A stretch of 64,000 bases of DNA. It comes from an uncultured Chloroflexia bacterium. Lineage in GTDB: Bacteria > Chloroflexota > Anaerolineae > Anaerolineales > E44-bin32. Below are positions 30,399 through 39,719 of the stretch, piece by piece. The notes beneath the pieces are model-generated. The model was not told the origin of the DNA. It was given only the letters and a program-made list of their open reading frames with translations, and did no database searches. Location: NCBI GenBank assembly GCA_963807065.1, contig CAWDZQ010000003.1, positions 1,056,427 to 1,120,426 on the forward strand. The letters are read 5' to 3'. The position numbers and the translations under genes are program-made. Position 1 is the stretch's first letter. Every line of letters begins with the position of its first letter.

Positions 30399-30884
30399 CT
30401 AACCCGACAGCTGCCGAGTATGGTCTAAGCCCCGATCTATTTCCCACGGATAGACGATGTGGGCATCCGTCACCGCCGCGTAGTAATCCGGCTTTTGCGG
30501 CGTGAAGAGGCTTCGGTACGGATTGTAGTGCAGCACGCAGGTGGATGGGATCCCCCCGGCCCCAGCCACCCGGCTGCGCACGGCGGTTATCGTCCGGCCT
30601 GAGCCCCAGACGTCGTCAACGATTAGGACCTGCCGGTCCACCAGGCGGTTCTCATCGGGGAATTGGATGAATTCCGGCCAGGCCAGCAGTTTGGAATCTT
30701 CTTGCCGTGCTTCGTATGGGAAATCGACGGCCGCCGTCAGAACATCCTCCAGGCCAAGCGCCTCGCACAGCAGGCCCCCGGGGATAATGCCGCCGCGCGT
30801 AATGATGAGCATCGCCTCGAAGGATGCGTTGAACTGGGGGATAAGGTGGTTGATGAGCCGATCGACCTCATCCCAATCGATCAA
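30399..30884 (-). CDS. phosphoribosyltransferase (purine PRTase-like)
   Basis: 161-aa ORF with PRPP-binding loop VLIVDDVWGSGRTITAV and the ITRGGIIPGGLL motif. Confidence 0.8.
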   Translation of the reverse strand: MIDWDEVDRLINHLIPQFNASFEAMLIITRGGIIPGGLLCEALGLEDVLTAAVDFPYEARQEDSKLLAWPEFIQFPDENRLVDRQVLIVDDVWGSGRTITAVRSRVAGAGGIPSTCVLHYNPYRSLFTPQKPDYYAAVTDAHIVYPWEIDRGLDHTRQLSG

Positions 30885-31069
30885 CTCGCGTCGTCTTTAA
30901 CTCATGGATCGCTTAAACCGTTCCTTGAATGCCAAACGCAGCCTGTGCCGGGTCTGGCGCGGGCAGGCGATAGAGGATCATCCCCGCCCTGCCCGAGCCA
31001 GAGTGTGAGTTGGCCGCATCGGCCCAGCCAAGCTGGTCGAGGCGTCCCACCCGGCAGCCCCGCTCGGCT

Positions 31070-31252
31070 TCAGCTCACCGATCGGACCAGATCCAGAAAC
31101 TCGGTCCACTCTTCTTCGAAGAAGTGGAGGGTTACCTGGCCCAACTCGATATGGTAGGTGGATTCACCATCCGGTTCTTGGGCCTTCCAGGCCATGAAAT
31201 TGGCCGTCTCAGCCAGCGTGCTGGTGTTCACATCGGACTCAGAATCAGACAT
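31070..31252 (-). CDS. small acidic hypothetical protein (60 aa)
   Basis: Internal ATG at 31252 with GAGGAG 6 nt upstream, giving MSDSESDVNTSTLAETANFMAWKAQEPDGESTYHIELGQVTLHFFEEEWTEFLDLVRSVS. It overlaps the upstream gene by 8 nt. Family not recognised. Confidence 0.5.
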   Translation of the reverse strand: MSDSESDVNTSTLAETANFMAWKAQEPDGESTYHIELGQVTLHFFEEEWTEFLDLVRSVS

Positions 31253-31583
31253 CGAAATCTCCTCGTGATTCGGCTCGATCGTAGGCCGCCAGAATTTGCT
31301 GAAGGGCAAGCAGGCTCGCACCCGCGTGCGCGATCTCATCCAGACCTGGCACGGAGTAGGTTCGGTAGAATTCGTTGGGGCGAAAGCCGCGGCTGGAGAT
31401 TACCGCCTCCACCGACAATGCGATCTGCGCTCTTCGCTCGGCGCCCCAACCTTGCACCAGTCGCGCCCAATACAAAGTATACGCGTAATCCGATGGACGA
31501 GGGTCGGGATTCTGCGCTCCAAGCCCCTCTTGCCTCCCAGCGCCCTCATCCCTCCTTTGCGACTGCTGTTTGGCGGACATCAT
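31245..31583 (-). CDS. hypothetical protein (112 aa)
   Basis: Its ATG overlaps the GNAT stop (ATGA). Sequence: ...YAYTLYWARLVQGWGAERRAQIALSVEAVISSRGFRPNEFYRTYSVPGLDEIAHAGASLLALQQILAAY... Family not recognised. Confidence 0.55.
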   Translation of the reverse strand: MMSAKQQSQRRDEGAGRQEGLGAQNPDPRPSDYAYTLYWARLVQGWGAERRAQIALSVEAVISSRGFRPNEFYRTYSVPGLDEIAHAGASLLALQQILAAYDRAESRGDFDV

Positions 31584-32437
31584 CGGCGGCGTTCGAAAGC
31601 CAGGAGAATCTCTGATGCATCGGCTGCCTCGAATCCCGCCGCCTCAAGGGATGCCTGGATCGGTGCCGATTCCGGGGCGAGCCAGTGCACTTCTTCAACC
31701 CCGAGGTCATCAGCCAGGCAGCGGACATCGGATAGCAGCTCAGAAAGCGGCTCGCCGGATGCAGCCGACAGAGTCATTTCCGGGTCGGGATTGGCGGCCT
31801 CGCGCCGCGTGACGAGCCAGCCCTGGCCGCTCCGCCAGGACCAAACGCTCAATCCCGGCGTGTGCCTCAGGCGCTCGGATGTCAGCTCGGCAAGCTCCCA
31901 TCCCAGATCCATCAGGCCGCCCCCAAGTCGAACAGTGCCCTCCCGCACCAGGCTGCTGAGTGCGTGTGAATCGTCGTTGCCCACCTTCACAAATGCGTGC
32001 GTGCCTTGCAAAGCCTTTCCCGTACGAAAGTGCATGCGAGCCACGGGCTCGAAACCCGACCTGGCGCACATCGCCTTCACGGCTTCACGATGTTCGTGGG
32101 TGAGGAGTCGGACCACTGGAGACCGGCCGGCAAGCCATCTGCCGACGAGATAGTCATGCAGGATCGAGCCGATGCCACGGCCTTGCAGATCGGGCGCGAC
32201 CCTTAGACCCTCAAGCCATGCCTCGCCCCAGCCGAGGTCAGCCAGATGCCCGATCCCCACCACGCGCCCCTGCCAGACGGCCACGGCCAAGAGTCCAGTG
32301 GCGTCTTCAAGCCATGATTCCCACACCTGGGGCACGTAATCGTCTCCACCCCAGATCTCGCTAGCCAGGCTCAACGCCTGCAGGGTGTCCGCCTGGCCCG
32401 CCGGGCGGCAGAGGATTGGGGAAGGGACTCGGATCAT
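31580..32437 (-). CDS. GNAT-family acetyltransferase (two-lobed, 285 aa)
   Basis: Acetyl-CoA site LRVAPDLQGRGIGSILHDYLVGRW. The start overlaps the stop of the upstream AI-2E gene (ATGA). Confidence 0.8.
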   Translation of the reverse strand: MIRVPSPILCRPAGQADTLQALSLASEIWGGDDYVPQVWESWLEDATGLLAVAVWQGRVVGIGHLADLGWGEAWLEGLRVAPDLQGRGIGSILHDYLVGRWLAGRSPVVRLLTHEHREAVKAMCARSGFEPVARMHFRTGKALQGTHAFVKVGNDDSHALSSLVREGTVRLGGGLMDLGWELAELTSERLRHTPGLSVWSWRSGQGWLVTRREAANPDPEMTLSAASGEPLSELLSDVRCLADDLGVEEVHWLAPESAPIQASLEAAGFEAADASEILLAFERRR

Positions 32438-33633
32438 CCCGCTTCCTGGCCCCCTTCGGCTGGCTTTGATGGTCTGCGCAGGAACCGCAGCAATCGCGAC
32501 CCACGTGTCCCAGGCGTGGCGTCAATCGGCGGATCCCATGGCGAAAGGTCCACCATCTTTCGGAAAGCGTAGCGGGTGAGCAGTATCAGCGACGCCGTTG
32601 AAGGGGCCGAAAGCAGGAGTCCGATCACTCCAGCCAGACTGGCCCCGACGATCGCCGCCAGCAGGATGACCACCGGATGCAGATTGAGAGAGCTCCCCAT
32701 GATGCGCGGCAGCAACAGATAGTCGATGGCCTGGTCGAGGACGATCGCACTGATGATAATCAGTAGGGCGTGTGCGAAGGGGTTCAGTCCAAACCAGTTC
32801 TCGGGCTGGAAGATGGCCACCAGGGCGGCGACCGCCCCAGCGGTCACCGGCCCGGCAATCGGCACAAATTTGGCCAGGCCGGCAAGCACGCCCAGCCCGA
32901 CCGAAAATCTCACGCCCAATGCGGTCATCAGTACGGACGTCAGAATACCGGTGATCAAGACGATCAACAGCTGGCCCCGCAGGAACGAATCCCAGATCTT
33001 GCTGAGCGCCTGCCGAAGCCGTTCCAGATCACCCTCGTAACCGGGAATGGCGAAGCCCTGCCAGGCGGTCTGAATCCGCCTGTAGTCGAGCGTCAAGAAG
33101 TAGGCGACCGCCAACACGAAAGTAAGCCTGGCGAGCGATTCGAGGGCCACGCTGGCCAGGGAGCGCACCAGACCGCTTGCCTGACCCAGCACCGGCTGGA
33201 CTGTCCCCAGAGCTTGCTCGGCCAGCACCACCAGATCGAAACGGCTCAGGTCGATGACCCAGGGTCCCACGACATACGCGTTCTGGCTCAGGCCGGCCAT
33301 AGTGACAGGCAAAGTAATCAGGATCCGCTGTAACGTATTGAACAGTGCCTGGAGCTGCTGGACTACCGCCAGGCCGGTTGCCGTTGATGCCCCCAGCAGC
33401 AGGAGAATCAGAAGCAGGAAGCAAAGGTTAGTCGCCAACGCCCATGGCATGCGGGCCCTGATGCTGACCAAGCGTGCTATCGGAACGACCAAGAAGGACA
33501 AGATTGCGGCCACAACCAGGAGGGGAATGATGGAACTAAAGCGCCAAAGCACGGCGCCGGCCAAGATCAGCCCGAAGGCGGCCGCCATTGATTTTGTGGC
33601 AGTCCCCCAGGGCGGGGACGGACGCTCGTCCAT
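32434..33633 (-). CDS. AI-2E family transporter (PerM/YhhT, UPF0118), paralog 1
   Basis: 399-aa polytopic ORF with the family C-terminal pattern: FVPIAGPV..., LDQAIDYLLLPRIMGSSLNLHPVVILLAAIVGASLAGVIGLLLSAP. Confidence 0.9.
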   Translation of the reverse strand: MDERPSPPWGTATKSMAAAFGLILAGAVLWRFSSIIPLLVVAAILSFLVVPIARLVSIRARMPWALATNLCFLLLILLLLGASTATGLAVVQQLQALFNTLQRILITLPVTMAGLSQNAYVVGPWVIDLSRFDLVVLAEQALGTVQPVLGQASGLVRSLASVALESLARLTFVLAVAYFLTLDYRRIQTAWQGFAIPGYEGDLERLRQALSKIWDSFLRGQLLIVLITGILTSVLMTALGVRFSVGLGVLAGLAKFVPIAGPVTAGAVAALVAIFQPENWFGLNPFAHALLIIISAIVLDQAIDYLLLPRIMGSSLNLHPVVILLAAIVGASLAGVIGLLLSAPSTASLILLTRYAFRKMVDLSPWDPPIDATPGTRGSRLLRFLRRPSKPAEGGQEAG

Positions 33634-34892
33634 CAGCTTGGTCCTTCATCCGGTGCCGCGTCGGCGTCCGGCGGAGCCTTGACCAAAGGTTTGCGCTGTA
33701 TCCAGCGGAGAATTCTCGCCAGCCCGCCAGATCCCGCCGGCTTCGAGCGGCGGTCGATCACTGGCTGAGCCCAGGTTTCCAACCCAACAGTCTTTCGGTA
33801 GACATAACCCAGCCACATGCGTAAGGTGGCGACCGTGGGTGCGGCCAGCAGAATCCCGACCACACCCGCCAGGATCCCCCCCGAGAGGGCCGCCAGCAAC
33901 ACTATGAGGGGGTGTAATTTGAGGCTGTGGCCGATGATCCGGGGCACAAGGATGTTGTTCTCGAGCTGCTGGAGGATCACTGCCCCGCCCAGCACCACCA
34001 TAGCGTACACCATCGGCGAAAGGCCCCACCAATTTGCGGGCTGGAACAGGGCCACCAGCACCGCCAGAAGGCCGGCAATGATTGGGCCAAACAAGGGGAC
34101 AAACTCCATCAGGCCGGCGATCAAGCCAAGGCCGAGAGAAAACCGCAAGCCCAAGGCAGCAAACACCGCGGCCGAACTGACCCCCATCGCCAGGGCCAAA
34201 ATCACCTGGCCCCGAAGGAAAGCCTGCCACACGCTGCCCGTCTCATCTAACAGTCTGTGACAATCTTCACGATAAGGGGCGGGAACCAGACCGAGCAGGT
34301 GGTCGTCCAGATGACCGAAATCGCGACCCAGATAGTATCCCATGACCAGCACGAGGACCATCATTCCAACCGTCGACGCGGTGGCGCCGACGGCGGTCGC
34401 CAACAGGCTCCCCGTTTGCGACAGAAGGGGCTGGAACGTCGAGACCAGGGAGTTGACCAGCGGATCGAGGTTGACTTTCGACAGGTCGACGACCCATGGG
34501 CCAAAATGGAGCGTAGCCTGGGAAAGCGCCTGGAGTTGCCCAGGCAGCTGAACCGACAGCTGGCTCAGATCCTGGACCAAGCCGATGATCTGCTGCGAGA
34601 TGGACAGCCCGATCCACGTGGTGGCGCCAGCCAGCGCCAGAATGATAGCGGCGTAGACCACGATCACGGCCACCGCCCTTCCCACCTTGAGCCCACGCTC
34701 AACTCTGGAAACCAGCGGATGCAGCAAGTAGGCGACCACGAGGGCCAGCACAAAGGGCGGGATGAGTTGGGTCAGAGAGAGAAGCAGCGCCGCCGTCAGC
34801 ACGATAAGGCATACGGCAAACAAAAGGCGCGTGCCGGTTTGCCATGGTGGAGATGTGATCTCGGTGATGCCTTGCTCCCGCTTGTCGGTCAT
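33633..34892 (-). CDS. AI-2E family transporter, paralog 2
   Basis: The ORF track extends to 35051. I prefer ATG 34892 (MTDKREQGITEI...), 4 nt after the stop of paralog 3. Motifs: FVPLFGPII..., LENNILVPRIIGHSLKLHPLIVLLAALSGGILAGVVGILLAAP. Confidence 0.88.
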   Translation of the reverse strand: MTDKREQGITEITSPPWQTGTRLLFAVCLIVLTAALLLSLTQLIPPFVLALVVAYLLHPLVSRVERGLKVGRAVAVIVVYAAIILALAGATTWIGLSISQQIIGLVQDLSQLSVQLPGQLQALSQATLHFGPWVVDLSKVNLDPLVNSLVSTFQPLLSQTGSLLATAVGATASTVGMMVLVLVMGYYLGRDFGHLDDHLLGLVPAPYREDCHRLLDETGSVWQAFLRGQVILALAMGVSSAAVFAALGLRFSLGLGLIAGLMEFVPLFGPIIAGLLAVLVALFQPANWWGLSPMVYAMVVLGGAVILQQLENNILVPRIIGHSLKLHPLIVLLAALSGGILAGVVGILLAAPTVATLRMWLGYVYRKTVGLETWAQPVIDRRSKPAGSGGLARILRWIQRKPLVKAPPDADAAPDEGPS

Positions 34893-34896
34893 GCGG

Positions 34897-36006
34897 CTAA
34901 TCCCCCGAACTGGATGAGGGCGTAGAAGCGATCGGGCGGCCATCGTCGACCAGATAGCCGCGAATGTAGCGGCCAAGCACCCGGGCGCTGGCAATGGTGG
35001 GGGCAGCCAGTACGATGCCCAGCACGCCGGCCAGGGTCGCTCCGGCCACAATCCCCAGGATGACCACCAAGGGGTGCAGGCGGACGCTGCGGCCGATAAT
35101 GCGTGGGATGAGGTAGTTGAGATCGACCTGCTGATACACCAGATGCAAGCCCACCACGATCAAGGCAAAGATCAGATTTGGCACCGGAATCCAAGTCGAA
35201 CCCTGGAACAGGGTAAGCACCACGGCGACCACCAGCCAGATGGCATGGCCCAGACTGGGAATGAATTCGAGCAAGCCGGCCAGGACGGCCATCGCCAACG
35301 AAAACGGCAATCCGATGATCAGACCCACCACCGAGAAGATAAGAGTGGCCACCAGGGCGAGAACCAGCTGCCCGCGGAAGAAGTCTCGCCAGATGGCGTA
35401 GATCTCCTGCCTCAGGCGGCGGTAATCCACCTGGTAACCGGGAGGTACCTGACGCTCGATCCAAGCCCCAAGCTGATGTCCGTCCTTGATCAGATAGAAC
35501 GAGATCACCACAATGAAGACCACCCAAACCACCGATGTGATCGCCTCGACCACGATCCCAAGGGTTTGCCCGAAGATCGGCTCCAACAGGGTCTGCAACC
35601 CGGCCAGAACCTGGTCTATGGTGCGGCCGACATCGATGGCATAGCCGGCGACTACGATGCTCTTGCCAAACACGAGCTCGATGCTGTGCAGGATGTCCTG
35701 AAGATCAAGATTGAGCAATCGGACCTGGCTGGCGAGCACCGGAATGAGGAGCGCCACCAGCAGACCCAGGATGGCCAGCAAGAGCAAGTAGACGATGCCG
35801 GTGACCAGCCCTCGGGCCATCCGGAGCCGGGCCTGCATTCGATTGACGATCGGAGAGAGGACAAAGGCCAGGATGATCGCCAGGATGAAGGGCGGGATGA
35901 CCTCACTGAACTGCACCAGCAGGTAGACAGCCAGCCCGAGCAGGCCGACCGAAACCACCACCTTTGTGGCTGCAGACCAACGAGGTTTCGCCTGGAGTTC
36001 ACTCAT
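34897..36006 (-). CDS. AI-2E family transporter, paralog 3
   Basis: 369-aa ORF: FIPSLGHAI..., QQVDLNYLIPRIIGRSVRLHPLVVILGIVAGATLAGVLGIVLAAP. Confidence 0.9.
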   Translation of the reverse strand: MSELQAKPRWSAATKVVVSVGLLGLAVYLLVQFSEVIPPFILAIILAFVLSPIVNRMQARLRMARGLVTGIVYLLLLAILGLLVALLIPVLASQVRLLNLDLQDILHSIELVFGKSIVVAGYAIDVGRTIDQVLAGLQTLLEPIFGQTLGIVVEAITSVVWVVFIVVISFYLIKDGHQLGAWIERQVPPGYQVDYRRLRQEIYAIWRDFFRGQLVLALVATLIFSVVGLIIGLPFSLAMAVLAGLLEFIPSLGHAIWLVVAVVLTLFQGSTWIPVPNLIFALIVVGLHLVYQQVDLNYLIPRIIGRSVRLHPLVVILGIVAGATLAGVLGIVLAAPTIASARVLGRYIRGYLVDDGRPIASTPSSSSGD

Positions 36007-36067
36007 GGGCCCATTCTAACCCAGCGCCAGCAGGCGGCAAATTCCGAGGAGACGGCCGCACGGCGTA

Positions 36068-36097
36068 AGAAAAATCCCCGCTTGTGGCGGGGATTTC
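36068..36097 (-). terminator. intrinsic terminator of pnp
   Basis: AAATCCCCGC-ttgtg-GCGGGGATTT is a 10-bp stem. On the minus strand it is followed by TTTTT. It lies 17 nt past the pnp stop. Confidence 0.8.
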
Positions 36098-36113
36098 AGG
36101 TCAGGCTCTTGCC

Positions 36114-38321
36114 CTAGCGGCGAGGGCGGTTTCGATCGTTGCCGCCCCTGCCATGTCCCCCTCCACCGGTGCGGCCCTTGGAACGCTTGGCACCGGAGTC
36201 CTTTTCCCGGGCTTCTTCCGGGGTCCAGCCTTCCATCACGGCCTGTCGGGAGAGGCGGATCTTGCCATCGGGGTCGATGTTCGTCACCATCACTGTGATT
36301 TCGTCACCGACCTTGGCGACGTCTTCAACCTTGTCGATGTGCTCGGAGTCCAGCTGTGAGATGTGGACCAGGCCGTCCACATTGGGCAGGATCTCGACAA
36401 ACGCACCGAAGTCGGTGGTCCGGACGACACGCCCGGTATAGATGTGACCCAACTCGGCTTCTTCGGTCAGTCGATCGATCATCTCACGGGCGAGATCGGC
36501 CCCGGGGCCATCGGGCGATGCGATGTAGACCGTCCCGTCATCCTCAATATCAACTCGCGTGCCGGTGCTGTCCTGGATACTGCGGATGGTCTTGCCGCCC
36601 GGGCCGATGATGGCGCCGATCTTGTCGGGGTCGATGTGCAGCACGGTCATGCGCGGCGCATGGGCCTTAAGTTCGGCTCGTGGTCCGGAAATGGTGTCCT
36701 CAATGGTCTTGAGGATGGTCAGTCTGGCATCTTTCGCCTGTGCCAGGGCCTTGGACATGATTTCGGGGGTGATCCCCTTGATCTTGATGTCCATCTGCAG
36801 GGCCGTGATGCCCTGGCGTGTGCCGGCGACCTTGAAGTCCATGTCGCCCAGGTGATCTTCTATTCCCTGGATATCGGTCAGGATGGTGTAGCGTTCGCCT
36901 TCTTTGACCAGACCCATGGCGATCCCGGCGACGGGCTCGCGGATGGGTACGCCTGTGTCCAATAGTGCCAACGTCGAGCCGCACACCGAGGCCATCGAGG
37001 TGGAGCCGTTCGAAGAGAGCACCTCGGATACGAGGCGCATGGTGTACGGGAACTCCTCCGGCGGCGGCAGCACGGGGATCAGAGCCCGTTCAGCCAGGGC
37101 GCCGTGACCGATTTCCCGCCGGGAAGTGCCGCGAAGGAAACGCGTCTCGCCGGTCGAGAATGGCGGGAAGTTGTAGTGGTGAATGTAGCGTTTCTCGTCA
37201 TTCGGACTGAGGTTATCAAGCTCCTGGCGCTCGCGGGGAGTCCCCAGCGTGGCCAGCGTGAGTACCTGGGTGGCACCGCGGGTGAACAACCCCGAGCCGT
37301 GGGCACGCGGGCTGAGGTCGACCTTGGCGCTGAGTGGACGGATCTCGGAAGAGCCCCGCCCATCAAGGCGTTTGTCGCCGCTCAGGATCTTCTCACGCAC
37401 CTGCTCCTTATAGATGTCCTCGAACGCGTTCTTGACATCGCGGGACTCGAAAGCCGTTTCGGCGTCGTCCCCGGTGAAAGACGCCACCAGATCGAGTTTC
37501 AAGGCATCGATCGCGTCGTAGAGCTCGGTCTGCTGGCGCGGCTGCGACAGAATTTCAGCCAAACGGCCGCCGAGTTGGGATTGCACGGCTTCGGTCACAC
37601 CCTCCTGCAATCCAAACGGCGGGTATTCGGATTTCTCTTTGCCGACATCTGCCCGCATCTTGTTTTGCAGCTCAATCAGCGCCTGCATCGTCTCGTGCGC
37701 CGCCTCGATAGCTTTCACCATCGTGTCTTCGTCAACCTCGCTGGCGCCAGCCTCGACCATCAAGATCGCATCCGCCGTGCCCGCAACTCGCAGGTCCAGA
37801 GATGAAACTTCGGTCTGCTGGTAGGTCGGATTGAAGACGAATTCACCGTCTTCGATGGCTACCCTCAAGGCGGCGACCGGCCCGCCAAAGGGTATGTTCG
37901 AGATCGTCAACGCGGCCGAAGCGCCTACGATGCCGAGCACATCGATCTGTGTCTCGGCATCGGACGAGATGGCGTACAGGATCACCTGCACGTCGTTGCG
38001 CATGTCGTTGGGGAACAAGGGACGGATTGGGCGGTCGGTCAACCGGGCGGTCAGGATGGCCCCTTCCGAGGGCCGTCCCTCCCTGCGGAAGAACGAGCCG
38101 GGGATCTTGCCGCCAGCGTACATCCGTTCTTCGTAGTCCACGGTCAGAGGGAAGAAATCGATTCCCTCCCGCGGCGTGTGGGACATGGTGGCCGTGGCCA
38201 GGAGGACGCTGTCGCCCTGGCGGACGGTGACGGCACCGCCGGCCTGCCCCGCAAAGCCTCCGGTCTCGATCGTGATGGTCTTGCCATCGATCTCGACCTC
38301 GTACTGTCGTTCACCTAACAT
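36114..38321 (-). CDS. pnp: polyribonucleotide nucleotidyltransferase (PNPase)
   Basis: 735-aa ORF with two RNase PH domains, a KH domain (IGAIIGPGGKTIRSIQD) and an S1 domain (GHIYTGRVVRTTDFGAFVEI). Confidence 0.97.
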   Translation of the reverse strand: MLGERQYEVEIDGKTITIETGGFAGQAGGAVTVRQGDSVLLATATMSHTPREGIDFFPLTVDYEERMYAGGKIPGSFFRREGRPSEGAILTARLTDRPIRPLFPNDMRNDVQVILYAISSDAETQIDVLGIVGASAALTISNIPFGGPVAALRVAIEDGEFVFNPTYQQTEVSSLDLRVAGTADAILMVEAGASEVDEDTMVKAIEAAHETMQALIELQNKMRADVGKEKSEYPPFGLQEGVTEAVQSQLGGRLAEILSQPRQQTELYDAIDALKLDLVASFTGDDAETAFESRDVKNAFEDIYKEQVREKILSGDKRLDGRGSSEIRPLSAKVDLSPRAHGSGLFTRGATQVLTLATLGTPRERQELDNLSPNDEKRYIHHYNFPPFSTGETRFLRGTSRREIGHGALAERALIPVLPPPEEFPYTMRLVSEVLSSNGSTSMASVCGSTLALLDTGVPIREPVAGIAMGLVKEGERYTILTDIQGIEDHLGDMDFKVAGTRQGITALQMDIKIKGITPEIMSKALAQAKDARLTILKTIEDTISGPRAELKAHAPRMTVLHIDPDKIGAIIGPGGKTIRSIQDSTGTRVDIEDDGTVYIASPDGPGADLAREMIDRLTEEAELGHIYTGRVVRTTDFGAFVEILPNVDGLVHISQLDSEHIDKVEDVAKVGDEITVMVTNIDPDGKIRLSRQAVMEGWTPEEAREKDSGAKRSKGRTGGGGHGRGGNDRNRPRR

Positions 38322-38541
38322 AGAAAAACCCTCCGCGCCTCAGGCCCGAAGGGTCAGGGACTGGAGCCCGGCCGTCAACCCAAGAGCTGACGAACACGCT
38401 CCAATACCCAACCTTTCCGAAGGTCTGGGCACCTTTGCCTTTTAAAACACATCCATTATACGTGGAAAGCCCGGCCAGCGCTGGTTTGCTGGCCGATTCA
38501 CCGACGACCTCAGCCCCCTGCGGAGAGGTGTTGCGGCCGGC

Positions 38542-38814
38542 TTACTTGCGGCGAATTCCCAGCCGCTCGGTGATTTCGAGGTAGGCGGCCGCGTCTTCCT
38601 TCTTCAGGTAAGCCAGATGCCGTCGCCGTTGTCCAACAAGCTTGAGCAGACCCCGCCGGGAGGACTCGTCATGCTTATGGGTCCTCAAATGATCGGTCAA
38701 TTGTTGAATCCTACGAGTGAGAATGGCCACTTGGACCTGGGGAGACCCAGTGTCCGAGTCGTGGCGATGATACTCGCCGATGATGGATTCTTTCTCTTCT
38801 TTGGTCAAAGACAT
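38542..38814 (-). CDS. rpsO: 30S ribosomal protein S15
   Basis: 90 aa: ...[50 protein letters not shown]... Confidence 0.95.
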   Translation of the reverse strand: MSLTKEEKESIIGEYHRHDSDTGSPQVQVAILTRRIQQLTDHLRTHKHDESSRRGLLKLVGQRRRHLAYLKKEDAAAYLEITERLGIRRK

Positions 38815-38896
38815 GACTTACTGCTCCTCGCAGGTCACCAAGGGCCCAGTCGGAAGGCCGGGCCCCGGTCTAGTCATTCACGCTGGTCCTATTATA

Positions 38897-39719
38897 TCAG
38901 GCCGGTCCATCCGCGGACAGGGCGGCTTCCAGTACCTTGCGATGTCGAGGTGGGAAGTCCGGCAGAGCCGATCTGACCACCGCGAATACCTCCCGCTGCT
39001 TGGCGCCGTGGACCATCTGGTCCTTGAGCATCTGAGCCGTTTCCGCCGGGGACCGCAATGCCAGATGGCTCACAAGATCCCTGAGGGCAACACGAGGATG
39101 CGCCGCCAGCTGGTCGAGTTGCCTCTCAAGACCCTGGAAGAGCTCCGGCTCGAGGGTGAATTCGGGGCGGCTGATGGCTGCGCTCAAGGCAATCAGAGCC
39201 ACCGTCGGCAAGTGGGCGCGGGATGAATCCGATCCAGGACCAGACGCGTGTCAGGAACACATCGGGCTCGGCCGCCCTCCACGACCGCAGGCTCTGTCCG
39301 CCCAGGGCGTTCAGGACCACGGCGTCGCTGCACGAGATGGCATGTTCTTCGACCCAGCTGGGCACACCATCGTCGACCCGCGCCTCGAAGATTGCAGCTG
39401 CCGTCAACCTTGTCTCGCGATACCCGGACTCCCATAATGCATCCGCCAGAAGATCCCCGGCATCGGGGAGATCATGGGCCGCCTGAGCGACACGGTGGGA
39501 GAGTTGGCGCATCACCGGAGCCGGCACTCCGAACTTGGGTTCCAGATCCGCAGTGGTAGCCAGCGTTGGACGACGGGTGCGATCGGCGTAGAAGTCTAGC
39601 AAATTCAGGCAGGCGCGGGTCGTTTCCGCGGAATCTTGGACGAGGCCGGCCAAGGATTCCAGTTCACGCGCCAGCCGCATGGGGTCAACCGCAGGCATAT
39701 ACGCCACCCCGTGGTTCAC
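38897..39719 (-). pseudogene. HEAT-like-repeat protein resembling DNA alkylation repair enzymes (AlkD/AlkC-like), apparently split by a 1-nt insertion
   Basis: ORFs 39126..39719 and 38897..39211 overlap in different frames. Deleting one base in the G/C runs at 39214-39222 joins ...EPDVFLTRVWSWIGFI to ...HLPTVALIALSAAISRPEF.... LWESGYRETRLTAAAIF and WVEEHAISCSDAVVLNALG resemble AlkD-family HEAT-like repeats. The family assignment is tentative. Confidence 0.4.

Noticed and set aside
31070-32437. The GNAT plus small-protein arrangement, considered as a GNAT-toxin/antitoxin (TacT/AtaT-type) module.
   Set aside because: The GNAT is 285 aa and two-lobed, whereas TA toxins are about 160-175 aa. The small genes lie downstream rather than upstream and show no RHH/HTH DNA-binding signature. 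The unit is chained to three permease genes.
38815-38896. Possible S15 autoregulatory leader and promoter upstream of rpsO: a TATAAT at 38891-38896 on the minus strand and a GGGCCC-12 nt-GGGCCC hairpin.
   Set aside because: There is no convincing -35, and S15 leaders are structurally diverse between phyla. I cannot support a specific call from sequence alone, though it is worth a cmscan.
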